Positions 30,355 to 40,306 of a stretch of 64,000 nt of DNA are shown here, one piece after another (position 1 is the first letter of the stretch; every line of letters begins with the position of its first letter). This DNA is from Candidatus Poribacteria bacterium (GTDB lineage: Bacteria; Poribacteria; WGA-4E; WGA-3G), in assembly GCA_963663765.2 (NCBI GenBank), contig CAXXUA010000005.1, positions 1 to 64,000 on the forward strand, in the 5' to 3' direction. Position numbers and translations under genes: made by a program. Under the pieces are notes generated by a model that did no database searches, was not told the DNA's origin, and saw only the letters and a list, made by a program, of their open reading frames with translations.

Positions 30355-31080
30355 ATGAATGGAACAAACGACTCGGCGTCACTAAAAAGTTTAAGTGACG
30401 TATTTCAAAAACTCAAGGAGATAGCGGCAGAATCAGCAGATGGTGACTTCATCTATCGCGGTGAACCTCAACACTATGAGACAGTATCCTCAAGCTTGTG
30501 GCGTGAATGCCGGAAAGAAATTGGAACTGAGGAATTTGATATAGAAGCCATTCAAAAGAATATGTTAGAATCGTCTAAAGATTATACTCATGAAAAAGAC
30601 GAATTTGAAATTTTAACCGAACTCCAACACTTCGGTGGTTATACTAATCTTATAGATTTTACCACTGATAGCCACATTGCCTTGTTTTTCGCATGTGACG
30701 GTTCTCGTGGAAAACCCGGCAGGATTATCTTATTAGAAAAAACTGAGGAAACAAAAAATTACATCGAACCACCTCGCAATCCTCAAAATCGCATCATAGC
30801 GCAAAAAAGTGTTTTCGTTCGACCTCCGAAAGGTTTTCTTGAACGAAAACAATACACCGTAATTGATATTTCTGGATTGCTCAAAGAACCTATATTAGAC
30901 CATCTGCAAAAACATCATGGTATCTCAATCCAAACAGTTTACAACGACCTCCATGGGTATATTAGAAATCAAAACACTCACCTGAAGGAAAGCATAGAAG
31001 TTTACAATACCGAAACGCATCCGAAGGAAGATGTCTTTCAGATTGAATCGTCTCAATCCGGTAAAGAAAAGGAGACATAA
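30355..31080 (+). CDS. FRG domain protein
   Basis: IYRGE, LQHFGGYTNLIDFT, ALFFAC and NRIIAQKSVF motifs. Confidence 0.88.
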   Translation: MNGTNDSASLKSLSDVFQKLKEIAAESADGDFIYRGEPQHYETVSSSLWRECRKEIGTEEFDIEAIQKNMLESSKDYTHEKDEFEILTELQHFGGYTNLIDFTTDSHIALFFACDGSRGKPGRIILLEKTEETKNYIEPPRNPQNRIIAQKSVFVRPPKGFLERKQYTVIDISGLLKEPILDHLQKHHGISIQTVYNDLHGYIRNQNTHLKESIEVYNTETHPKEDVFQIESSQSGKEKET

Positions 31081-31083
31081 AAC

Positions 31084-31887
31084 ATGCAGACACAAGCAGA
31101 ACAAACACCGGACGATATTACCATTGCGCGTTTTAACAAAGCGATTGATCGAAGACCCACTTTTGCCCAAGGCTATAACTATCGTGGCATAGCTTATGGC
31201 AATAAAGGTGAAATTGACCGCGCCATAGAAGACTTTAACACGGCTATCAGACGCAAAGAAAACTATGCTGAGGCATATAGCAATCGTGGTGGGGCGTATC
31301 GTATGAAAGGTGACTATGACCGCGCATTTGCAGATTGTAACACAGCCATAAGACTTGACCCAGATTTGCCAGAAGCATACAATAATCGTGGGATAGTGTA
31401 TAAACTCAGAGGTGAGATAGAGCCTGCTATTAAAGATTATAACAAAGCAATAGAACTTGATCCAAGTTTTGCTTACGCTTATTACAACCGCGGCATTGTC
31501 TACCATGAAAAAGAAGAGTTTGATCGCGCCATCAAAGATTATAACAAGGCAATAGAATTAAGACCTGACCTTGTCCACCCCTATAACAATCGCGGTAACA
31601 TTTACCGTAAAAATGGCGATTACGAACGCGCTATCAATGACTATAACGCGGCGATAGATCGCTCCACTGATTTAGCAGAGCCATACTACAATCGCAGTAT
31701 GGCGTTTATACTCTTGCAAGAATGGGAAAAATCCAAAGAAGACTTAACCACTGCTGCAGAACTCCAAAAAAGCATCGTCGTTGAGAACTTTGCTAAAGAC
31801 TACGAAGACGTTGCCGACTTTGAGCAGAAACACAACGTCACACTACCAGATGACATCGCAGCAATGCTAACTCCCCCGCATGATTAG
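31084..31887 (+). CDS. tetratricopeptide repeat protein
   Basis: About six 34-aa repeats AYxNRG...AIxDYNKAIEL; same reading frame as the FRG gene. Confidence 0.92.
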   Translation: MQTQAEQTPDDITIARFNKAIDRRPTFAQGYNYRGIAYGNKGEIDRAIEDFNTAIRRKENYAEAYSNRGGAYRMKGDYDRAFADCNTAIRLDPDLPEAYNNRGIVYKLRGEIEPAIKDYNKAIELDPSFAYAYYNRGIVYHEKEEFDRAIKDYNKAIELRPDLVHPYNNRGNIYRKNGDYERAINDYNAAIDRSTDLAEPYYNRSMAFILLQEWEKSKEDLTTAAELQKSIVVENFAKDYEDVADFEQKHNVTLPDDIAAMLTPPHD

Positions 31888-32020
31888 CAGCGTAACAAAA
31901 CACTATAAAAATTAACAAGATATGGAAATGTTTACAGATTTCGTGGTGAAGAAGGACATGACAGACTTATTTCGGCTTTACACCAACAAGATATCCTTCA
32001 TAACAACGAACCTTTATTAA

Positions 32021-32142
32021 CAGGACTTTCGCAGTTTTCATGATTTGATGAAGAATTATGACGAAAATGGTGTAATTTTCAGCATTTTTTCGGTTCCCAG
32101 CGCGCTTACAAAGCGCGCCTACCGTTGGGTGCGTAAGTCCTG
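32021..32142 (-). mobile_element. MITE family A
   Basis: Reverse orientation, 122 bp, TSD ATTAA. Confidence 0.9.
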
Positions 32143-32261
32143 ATTAAAAGAAAACAAAGAGAATTGCGACTATAATTTATTGTTCCTGTTACCTAAGTGA
32201 GTCAATACTAAGCACACAATGAGTTAGTTGAACTTAGGGAACATAACACGAAACTATGGGA

Positions 32262-35200
32262 TTATCGGTGCTTTAAGTCTGCCCATTTTTTGAGTTCTTT
32301 GTTCCGTGCAGACAACAACCCCCGCAAACCAACCGTCGCTAACTTCTGTTGCACACCCGCAAAGGAAACATCTACTATTTGATAATAGTACCGTGTATCA
32401 TGTTTGATAGCGTTATCTGTCCATGTGTACTTGTTGCGTTCTCCTGTAGTGCCTGCCCCCTGTATCATAGTCTGGGTGACTACTTTGAACGGACCGTTCC
32501 GTGTTTCACTGCGAAGAATATAGAAACCTGCGTTCTCTAACTCGGATTCGGTTGTCCAAGTGAGAACAGCCCCTGTCTGAGTAAGTTCCGCGCAGAATTG
32601 AGAGAGTGTAACAGGTAAAGCACCACTACCCCTATAACCAGGATTTCCTATATCTCTTACGCTGCCCCAGTAAGTGGAAACATCTAATGGGAAGTCTGCA
32701 GTACGTTGCCAATTCTTCGCATCAGTTCCATCCAAGGGTTCTTGTGTCTCTTTTTCAAAACGTCGCATCAAGGATGTCCGTTGACCATCTCTTGTTGTGC
32801 CAATCGGAATTACCCATGTTGGTTTGTCTGTGGTACTGTGATCCCCATCCAGATTTCCGACTCTATCAACCAAGATACCGTCCGTATTCGTCAACTTCAA
32901 CGAGAAACCTGCTAAACCGATGACCATGTTTCGGTGTTGGTTCTGTTCAAACTCCTCCGAATGATGATCGAAAAAGTTATAGACACGACTGTCAGGGATA
33001 ATATTAGATTTTTGTCTAGCGAGCCATGTTACTATCAGGACAGTTTCCTTCGGTGGTATATATAAATCTTCAAGTGCGATAATCGCGTGTCGCTGTACAC
33101 CATTTAGGTCACGTGCCTCAATTGCAAGCTGCCATCCTTTCAAATTCACTTCTGTTTGAGAACCGTTATACAATTCCATCCATTGTGAAAGAGAGTGAAG
33201 ACCCCCTTCTGAATAGATCATCAGCTCACTGAAACTCACGCGAAAGGGAATAAGTTCCGGAACAAGGTTGCCCCCACCTGCTGGTACGACATAGATAGTT
33301 ACAGCCATGGTTGCACTACCACCCCTATCGTCTGATGCTGTTACGTCTATGACATAAATGTTCTTTGTGTTATAATCCAGTATCGCATTCGTTTTCAATT
33401 GTCCAGTGTTGGTATCAATTGTAATTACATCCGAATCATTGTATCCACTGATTGAATAGGTTATGGTGTCGTTGTCAATGTCATAAGCAGTAATTGCTCT
33501 ACCGATGTTCGTACCAATTGGCACCTTTTCCAACACCCACCGTATCGCACTCTCACCATCAGTAAAGATCGGTATGTTGTTGGAATCGGTTTCATCTGGT
33601 ATGTCATCATAAGTGAGTTCAAGATTAGGGAACTGCTCTTTCAACGTGAGAAGTGGAGTTATATCAACAATTGGATTTCCAATGATTCGTAACTGTTCAA
33701 GGTTATTTAGAGTTACAAGCGGGTTAACGTCGTTAATCTGATTATTGCTCAAATCTAAAGTCCGTAGGTTTGTCAATCTGGAGAGTACCGATATATTTTG
33801 GATAGCATTATCAGAAAGGTTCAGATGTCTCAGGTTGGTTAGGGTGGATAGTATGGAAAGGTCGGAGATGCCACAATTTGAAATCTCTAAGTTGCTGAGT
33901 TTAGTGAGGACACGTAGTGGTGAAAAGTCTGTTATCGTTTGTTGGTTTTGTATCAATAATGTTTCTAAATTTGTTGCTTGCTCAAGTCCTGTCAGGTCGG
34001 TGATGGGTAGGTTTGGTTTTGTGAGTTCAAGTGATATCAATCTTGACAACACCTGTGTTGTAATTTGTGCACCTGATGCTAAATTTGTATGTTCACGAAT
34101 GGCCGCTGCTAAGTTTGCGTCTGGTATTATCACATTATCTATAATGTCATCGGGAACTGTCTCATCGGGTATGACATCATAAGTGAGTTCAAGATTAGGG
34201 AACTGCTCTTTCAACGTGAGAAGTGGATTTATATCAACAATTGGATTTCCAATGAGTCGTAACTGTTCAAGGTTATTTAGAGTTACAAGCGGGTTAACGT
34301 CGTTAATCTGATTGTTGCTCAAATCTAAAGTCCGTAGGATTGTCAATCTGGAGAGTACCGATATATTTTGGATAGCATTATCAGAAAGGTACAGATGTCT
34401 CAGGTTGGTTAGGGTGGATAGTATGGAAAGGTCGGAGATGCCACAATTTGAAATCTCTAAGTTGCTGAGTTTAGTGAGGACACGTAGTGGTGAAAAGTCT
34501 GTTATCGTTTGTTGGTTTTGTATCAATAATGTTTCTAAATTTGTTGCTTGCTCAAGTCCTGTCAGGTCGGTGATGGGTAGGTTTGGTTTTGTGAGTTCAA
34601 GTGATATCAATCTTGATAATGTTTGTGTTGTAATTTGTGCACCTGATGCTAAATTTGTATGTTCACGAATGATAGCTGCTAAGTTTGCGTCTGGTATTAC
34701 CACATTATCAATGCTGTTCAACAGATCAGCAGTATTAACGTCAAATGAAAATGATGAATAGTTCCCACTTTTGTCCATAATGGTAAGTTCAGCTGATGGG
34801 TCGACTTGTGGGATATAACTTGTGTCAATATGAAAGGTGCTATCAACTTCACCAATTGGTTTACATGCGACGACAGAATCCAGTTCATGTATGAACAGGC
34901 GTATGAGATGAAGTCCATCAGGGTCGCTGACTTCGAAGCTAAATCGAACTTTACCCTCTTCGGGGGCAAGCTGTGGAGGGAGCATCTGGATAGTTGTTGG
35001 ACCGGAATCCGTATTGCCACCGTTGAAATATGGATGTACGTCTAACCATGCCGCTGAACAGGGAGAATTGATCATCGGATCGATATTACCGCTACTGAAA
35101 GCGTCGTGATCCAGTCCAAATGTGTGACCAAGCTCATGGGCGATGACACTAAAACTAAAACAGTTTCCTTGGGCAGGGGTAGCCCCCCAGTTTCCGGAAG

Positions 35201-35639
35201 CGATACCACATGCCTGGACATCAGTGCCTCGGAATTCTACCTCCAATACTTCAGAATCAATATCAATTGCTACATAATAGATATTATCAGATGAACTAAA
35301 CCTATCGTAGAGTTCATTTATTACTTTGGAAAAAGGGTCATCGTGGTAATATGCATCATTGAAGTCACCTTGAACATGATGTACTACTACTTGCTCGTTT
35401 CCATCGGTTTCTACCTCAAAGGTTTTGCGTTCGTAACCGTAAAGTTCTAAGACCGCAGCAAAGAACGCTTGTGCGTTTTTTAGTTTCGAGTCTAATGTTG
35501 CGTCTATGTCTGCTTGCGGTGTTTTATCGTTCGGATAGAAGTAGATGACTTTGACGATGTTGTCTTGTCCGAAGCTGCTTGGGATTTGGAATGTCAGTAC
35601 AAGTAGTAAAAGTGTTATGAATTTTAGAAAGGTTTTCAT
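32262..35639 (-). CDS. secreted multidomain protein: zinc metallopeptidase, two internalin-like LRR blocks, cadherin, lamin-tail-like and C-terminal Ig-like domains
   Basis: Signal peptide, HELGHTFGLDH, LxxLxLSxNxI repeats, AYDIDND/LDY cadherin motifs, SELM..QWMELYN and LPVTLSQF...WTTESELENAGF. Start taken as MKTFLKF. Confidence 0.88.
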   Translation of the reverse strand: MKTFLKFITLLLLVLTFQIPSSFGQDNIVKVIYFYPNDKTPQADIDATLDSKLKNAQAFFAAVLELYGYERKTFEVETDGNEQVVVHHVQGDFNDAYYHDDPFSKVINELYDRFSSSDNIYYVAIDIDSEVLEVEFRGTDVQACGIASGNWGATPAQGNCFSFSVIAHELGHTFGLDHDAFSSGNIDPMINSPCSAAWLDVHPYFNGGNTDSGPTTIQMLPPQLAPEEGKVRFSFEVSDPDGLHLIRLFIHELDSVVACKPIGEVDSTFHIDTSYIPQVDPSAELTIMDKSGNYSSFSFDVNTADLLNSIDNVVIPDANLAAIIREHTNLASGAQITTQTLSRLISLELTKPNLPITDLTGLEQATNLETLLIQNQQTITDFSPLRVLTKLSNLEISNCGISDLSILSTLTNLRHLYLSDNAIQNISVLSRLTILRTLDLSNNQINDVNPLVTLNNLEQLRLIGNPIVDINPLLTLKEQFPNLELTYDVIPDETVPDDIIDNVIIPDANLAAAIREHTNLASGAQITTQVLSRLISLELTKPNLPITDLTGLEQATNLETLLIQNQQTITDFSPLRVLTKLSNLEISNCGISDLSILSTLTNLRHLNLSDNAIQNISVLSRLTNLRTLDLSNNQINDVNPLVTLNNLEQLRIIGNPIVDITPLLTLKEQFPNLELTYDDIPDETDSNNIPIFTDGESAIRWVLEKVPIGTNIGRAITAYDIDNDTITYSISGYNDSDVITIDTNTGQLKTNAILDYNTKNIYVIDVTASDDRGGSATMAVTIYVVPAGGGNLVPELIPFRVSFSELMIYSEGGLHSLSQWMELYNGSQTEVNLKGWQLAIEARDLNGVQRHAIIALEDLYIPPKETVLIVTWLARQKSNIIPDSRVYNFFDHHSEEFEQNQHRNMVIGLAGFSLKLTNTDGILVDRVGNLDGDHSTTDKPTWVIPIGTTRDGQRTSLMRRFEKETQEPLDGTDAKNWQRTADFPLDVSTYWGSVRDIGNPGYRGSGALPVTLSQFCAELTQTGAVLTWTTESELENAGFYILRSETRNGPFKVVTQTMIQGAGTTGERNKYTWTDNAIKHDTRYYYQIVDVSFAGVQQKLATVGLRGLLSARNKELKKWADLKHR
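33603..34712. repeat. 570-bp-period near-identical intragenic duplication (LRR module)
   Basis: 33603-34142 closely matches 34173-34712, with only scattered substitutions. Confidence 0.93.
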
Positions 35640-35771
35640 CGCGCTTTCCATTGGTATGAAAATGCAATAGAATTGTGTGGTGTGTAAGGTTTGTACTGCC
35701 ATCGAAAATTTTGACCACTACATAAAACAAGATTGTGATATATTTACAATCTAAGTTAGAAAGAGAATCCG

Positions 35772-36600
35772 ATGGCAAAACGTAGAAACTTTACCCCAGA
35801 ATTTATAACTGAAGTTGCAATTGAGGCACTGTGCATTGTAGGAGAGAAACCTTGAAACCACGATTTTCTCACTCAAGGTAGACGTGCTTTGTAAGCGCGC
35901 CCCTCACTCACCCGCAGCGTGCTTTGTAAGCGCGCCCCCCAACTTCACTCCCCTGCAGGCGTGCTTTGTAAGCGCGCCCCGCACTCACCCGCACTCCCCT
36001 GCAGGCGTGCTTTGTAAGCGCACCCCGCACTCACCCGCACTCCCCTGCAGGCGTGCTTTGTAAGCGCGCCCCGCACTCACCCGCACTCCCCTGTAGGCGT
36101 GCTTTGTAAGCGCACCCCGCACTCACCCGCATTCACCTGCAGGCGTGCTTTGTAAGCGCGCCCCGCACTCACTCGCACTCACCTGTAGGCGTGCTTTGTA
36201 AGCGCACCCCGCACTCACCCGCACTCCCCTGTAGGCGTGCTTTGTAAGCGCACCCCGCACTCACCCGCACTCCCCTGCAGGCGTGCTTTGTAAGCGCGCC
36301 CCGCACTCACCCGCACTCCCCTGTAGGCGTGCTTTGTAAGCGCGCCCCGCACTCACTCGCACTCCCCTGTAGGCGTGCTTTGTAAGCGCGCCGTTGCCAA
36401 TCCAGTGTTTATCGGCGCACTTACAAAGCACGCCTACAGAAGTTGACACCTATGAGTAGCCTCTATTATGAACCCAAAAAGTACCACTGTGAAACGGGTA
36501 CTCCAAAAGGAGATAAAAAAGTTATCTGCCCGTTATCCAAGATATGGTTATAGGCGTATCACAGAAGAGCTGTTGCGTATGGGATACACCGTTGGATACC
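35772..36600 (+). pseudogene. IS3 family remnant interrupted by a REP array
   Basis: OrfA-like MAKRRNFTPEF..EVAIEAL at 35772; OrfB-like LSARYPRYGYRRITEELLRMG at about 36500-36590. Confidence 0.7.
35878..36437 (+). repeat. Tandem REP-arm array, 46-bp unit
   Basis: Nine 46-bp units G(C/T)AGGCGTGCTTTGTAAGCGC(G/A)CCCCGCACTCACCCGCACTCCCCT (35955-36368), two degenerate units before them, and a complete GTAG...CTAC hairpin at 36369-36437. Confidence 0.95.
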
Positions 36601-36622
36601 GACAGAAAGAAAACTCGCTAAG

Positions 36623-37005
36623 TCATAGTACCCACTACCTAAAAGCAGGGGAAACCTGTGTTTCACAGACAGTGCCGATCAGAGCTACGTCTTAATCCGT
36701 CTCCACAGTGGTTGCTAAGCCAACCACTTGCCCGAAGGCAACTATTTGTTTTTGACACGTGATTTTCAAACGGGTGAGCGTTTTTCAATGCGTCTACCCT
36801 GAACGTGCAATAGATGTTTTTGAAAACTTTAACAGTATTGAATTGCAAGGCTTTTACCTGATTGTTTCACTGCCAAGCAATCTACCACCGCATCAATCAG
36901 AACCAATGCCGACTGCAAAAAGAGCATATCAAGTTTCAGTGAAAATGTCAAGACTTTTTGATAAATTATGATTTGGGTTTCCGTCTACATCCCACAAACT
37001 AAAGC
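36623..37005 (-). mobile_element. non-autonomous IS200/IS605-like derivative with tnpB-type 3' tail
   Basis: Minus strand: CTTTAGTTTGTGGGATGTAGACG end, promoter TTGACA-N17-TATGCT, then CTGTGGAGACGGATTAAGAC...GTCTGTGAAACACAGGTTTCCCCTGCTTTTAGGTAGTGGGTACTATGAC. No credible ORF. Confidence 0.55.
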
Positions 37006-37446
37006 AAGGGTTATTTAGTTTTAAGAATCTGAAATTTTCAGGTTAACTAATAGTTTATTATATGAATCGGAATAATAGCAGGACTTACGCACCCAACGGT
37101 AGGCGTGCTTTGTAAGCGCGCCGGAAACCCATAAAAACGCTGATAATGGCATCATTTTCGTCATAGTTTATGATTAAATCAAGAAAACTGCGTAAGTCCT
37201 GAATAGATTTTTTACTTTGTACATAGGTATATTGTCTGAACCAGGATTACCTCATCAATAGTTATTTAGACTTAGAATAAACCAACTATTGAATGGTGTG
37301 TAATACCTCAAACTCATAATCCTGAAAATCTGTAAATCCTGTCCATCCTGGTTCAGACAAGGGAATATCAATCCGACAATATACAAACAAACCTATTAAC
37401 GTATGTTAACATATTTGCCTAAAATACCAAAAACTAAATAACCCTG
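37006..37446. mobile_element. MITE family B with nested elements
   Basis: GGGTTATTTAGTTTT / AAAACTAAATAACCCTG ends. Contains MITE A (37079-37201, TSD AATAG) and an inverted repeat TTGTCTGAACCAGGAT...ATCCTGGTTCAGACAA (37232-37360). Confidence 0.8.
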
Positions 37447-37530
37447 CGTCAACACTGTTAGACGTTTACCAATATTTTTAACACTGCTATAATTTATCAC
37501 ATTTCAACTTGCAACTCAATACACTTTCAG

Positions 37531-38845
37531 CAGGGTTATTTAGTTTTAAAAACTCTCAGTTATCAAGTTAACTGCGAGTTTAGGTTTTGAAGCTAAGTAT
37601 TTTATCTCATCTGCTATACGCGTTATCCCAGCAAATCGCAACACTGCTAATGCTGTATTTCGCAAAGCAGCCATGATTTGTGGAATAGCACCGCATCGGA
37701 CAGACGATGCGTCTTCTCCAAGTTGTGTATCACGCATCCAATGCGACTTGTTCTCTATTGACCAATGCCCACGGCGTAGCTCAAGTAAACGTTGGGCAGA
37801 AGTTTCTTCGGGTGTCAGACTTGTAATACCATAATGGATTTTGGTTTTTTCTTCTCCTGTTTTCGTATTTTTGTAAGTATAACGATATTGGAACACTTGT
37901 GCTATACCTGGCCAATCCAGATATGCGTTGAGACTTGTGCTTGCTTTCAAACACCTTGTCTCTATTCTACCATGTGATTTTTCAGAAGTCTCGTGAGTGT
38001 AAATAGGGGCTCCCAATTTAGGATGTGGTGTGTTATCAGAAAGCGTGTCTGGAACGTCTTGAAAGAGTTTTTGGATCTCATCGTAAAGGTCCGGTTGGTT
38101 CTTTTTGACAGGGAGCACATAGTCTCCATTACCCTCTATGATGGCGTGGCAGAATGGTCGCTGTGTCAAAAGTGCGTCTGTTGTGATGACTTTACCACTC
38201 ACATCAAAGTTTTTGAGGATCTCTGTTGAGATCGGTATTTCGTTGGTTTTATCACTGACACCTTTTTGTGTAAGTGTGACGCCTAACTCATGAGACACAA
38301 CAGAGAGTAAATGGCTTATTGTCGCACCACTTTTCTTACTGGCACGCATCGTTTTACCGTCTATAGCGACTGCGTCAAGACAACCTTCTAAATCAGGTCG
38401 ACTTTGACAAACGTCTTCTACCCAGTCTGTAAATGTCTTTTCAACAGCATCAGCATCTAAATCTTTTAGAACATTATGTATTGTTGCGGGACAAGGTGTT
38501 TTCTTATGTGTAAAACCGAGTGTTCTTGCGAGGTCTGGTTGGGTTCGGGCCCAAGTTGCGATGGATGTATATCCTTTATGTCCAGTCATAAAACCAATAA
38601 TGTTAAGTCCGATGATTGATTTCAATGGGTGTCGTTTTCCTTTATTGTTGCGCGGGTCTTGGATTTCTGCTAATCTATCTAACAAGTGTCGAGAGTTTTT
38701 CTCTGGCATTTTTCACCTCAAAGGTAAGATTTTTTAGGTGAAGTATAGCAGATATAGCGCGATAAATCACGCTATATCTGCATATCCAAAAATATTAACG
38801 ATTGTGATAAAAAACAACCAAAACTCCTAAAACTAAATAACCCTG
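37531..38845 (-). mobile_element. complete ISAs1 family element
   Basis: TIR CAGGGTTATTTAGTTTTA; 9-bp TSD CACTTTCAG (37522-37530 and 38846-38854). Confidence 0.95.
37546..38709 (-). CDS. ISAs1 family transposase
   Basis: DPR..GKRHPL, AIDGKT, KTNEI, TTDALLTQ, VKKNQP, HGRIETR, RGHWSIENKSHW and ED motifs. Confidence 0.95.
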   Translation of the reverse strand: MPEKNSRHLLDRLAEIQDPRNNKGKRHPLKSIIGLNIIGFMTGHKGYTSIATWARTQPDLARTLGFTHKKTPCPATIHNVLKDLDADAVEKTFTDWVEDVCQSRPDLEGCLDAVAIDGKTMRASKKSGATISHLLSVVSHELGVTLTQKGVSDKTNEIPISTEILKNFDVSGKVITTDALLTQRPFCHAIIEGNGDYVLPVKKNQPDLYDEIQKLFQDVPDTLSDNTPHPKLGAPIYTHETSEKSHGRIETRCLKASTSLNAYLDWPGIAQVFQYRYTYKNTKTGEEKTKIHYGITSLTPEETSAQRLLELRRGHWSIENKSHWMRDTQLGEDASSVRCGAIPQIMAALRNTALAVLRFAGITRIADEIKYLASKPKLAVNLITESF

Positions 38846-38851
38846 CACTTT

Positions 38852-39042
38852 CAGGGATATTCAGTTTTCCTAATGTTTGAATTTTTCAAAAAAATAAGCA
38901 CGCGGTAGGAGCGACCCGGGGAATGCCAAAAGGCATTCATACCCGGGGAATGCCATACGCGCATTCATACCGTTGATTTCTTGATTTGCTGGTCGCGATT
39001 TTCTCAGGAAACAGCTAAAATACCTAAAACTGAATAACCCTG
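38852..39042. mobile_element. MITE family B
   Basis: CAGGGATATTCAGTTTT / AAAACTGAATAACCCTG; TSD ATACACTTT at 37519-37527 and 39043-39051. Confidence 0.88.
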
Positions 39043-39456
39043 ATACACTTTTTCAAACGTGTATAGTTTTTGTCAACATGGTTCAGACAAAGAATGCGTT
39101 AACGACTAAAAATAAGCAAACCGACGGACCAACGTCTGTGATAAAATTTACTCAGAAAATCGAAATCTGAAAAACTCTGAAGTTCTGTGAATATAACTTG
39201 TTTTTTTGGAAAACACCCTATTATTAAATAGCAACATATAGACTAACAGATAAGTAAATTTGACATTTAATATAAAATGTCGTATTATAACTATTGTAAT
39301 GTCGTATTATAACTATTGTAGAGTTTAGAACTTATTGGACATCTGCTTCGTTAGAATGCACCAGATCAAGGGTTAGTGAGGGAAAAAGTCTGTATTTCTG
39401 TGATTTACCTTCATCCTCCCACACGTTATTTCTCACACATGAGGATTTAATAATGA

Positions 39457-39578
39457 CAGGACTTACGCACCCAACGGTAGGCGTGCTTTGTAAGCGCGCT
39501 GGAAACCGAAAAAATGTTGAAAATTACACCATTTTCGCCATAATTCTTCATCAAATCATGAAAACTGCGTAAGTCCTG
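39457..39578 (+). mobile_element. MITE family A
   Basis: 122 bp, TSD AATGA. Confidence 0.9.
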
Positions 39579-39939
39579 AATGATTAACCGATATATGGAA
39601 ACAGCAAACCAAAAAGTGTACACGTAAAGTGAACACCTTTTGGTCCATTTTTTTGAGCAGGTATTATCTGCGTATTGGACTTGGTAGGTTTGTTTTAACT
39701 ATACTAAACTATAAGTTATTACCTCCCCCTTCAATTCACATTCGTTAATATTTATTATTTACAAAGTCTTCCCGCAAGCATTCGGTTTGTGGTATTTTCG
39801 TGCCCGCACATTTCGTCGCGGGCTTTTGTTGTTGCATTGGAATACGTTTCAATGCTTGTCACCCATGTTGTGTTATATGCACAATACAGGATATTAACTG
39901 ATAGTTTTATCTTGATAATATATCACAAAGGACATACAA

Positions 39940-40305
39940 TTGATGATAAAAAGACCTTTAGAATTAATCCGCACCTATCAAGGTGAATGCTTACTCACTG
40001 TCATTGTTATGGTCACAATTTTCAGCTTTATGACACTCTTCGGACATGGGTTATCTGATGCGACTCTTTCAACCGAAGCCCCGTCTGGACTGATACCCAT
40101 ATCCAAGCCTGAGTGCATAACAAGAAAGAACTGTGAAAAACCATACATTATCTGTCCAACCCCAAGAATATCGTGTCCTCAGAAGGTAGACAAAATTGGT
40201 AACCACATTATTCCTGACCGGGGGATCATCAACCCCGCATTAACCGAACCTTGCCAACATGACACATTAAGTTCGCAAGGGGACGCACAAATAAGGAGGT
40301 ATTGA
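39940..40305 (+). CDS. hypothetical protein with N-terminal TM segment and Cys/Pro-rich tail
   Basis: AAGGA RBS; stop lies 1 nt before the next gene. Confidence 0.45.
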   Translation: MMIKRPLELIRTYQGECLLTVIVMVTIFSFMTLFGHGLSDATLSTEAPSGLIPISKPECITRKNCEKPYIICPTPRISCPQKVDKIGNHIIPDRGIINPALTEPCQHDTLSSQGDAQIRRY

Positions 40306-40306
40306 C

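Noticed and set aside
30925-31506. Long antisense ORFs (also 55853-56488, 59284-59832, 33745-34761 and 42131-42652)
   Set aside because: They are shadows of well-supported genes on the opposite strand.
33603-34712. Diversity-generating retroelement TR/VR pair in the LRR duplication
   Set aside because: Several differences fall on adenines of one copy, but others do not. Both copies are in frame within one gene, and there is no reverse transcriptase in the window.
35878-36437. CRISPR array (also 93-341 and 13497-13900)
   Set aside because: Intervening sequences are near-identical low-complexity C-rich units, not unique spacers. The repeat is one arm of a GTAG REP, and there are no cas genes in the window.
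39260-39319. 22-bp tandem duplication overlapping a TTGACA-N17-TATTAT promoter-like site
   Set aside because: Only two copies and far from the next ORF; most likely a neutral slippage event.
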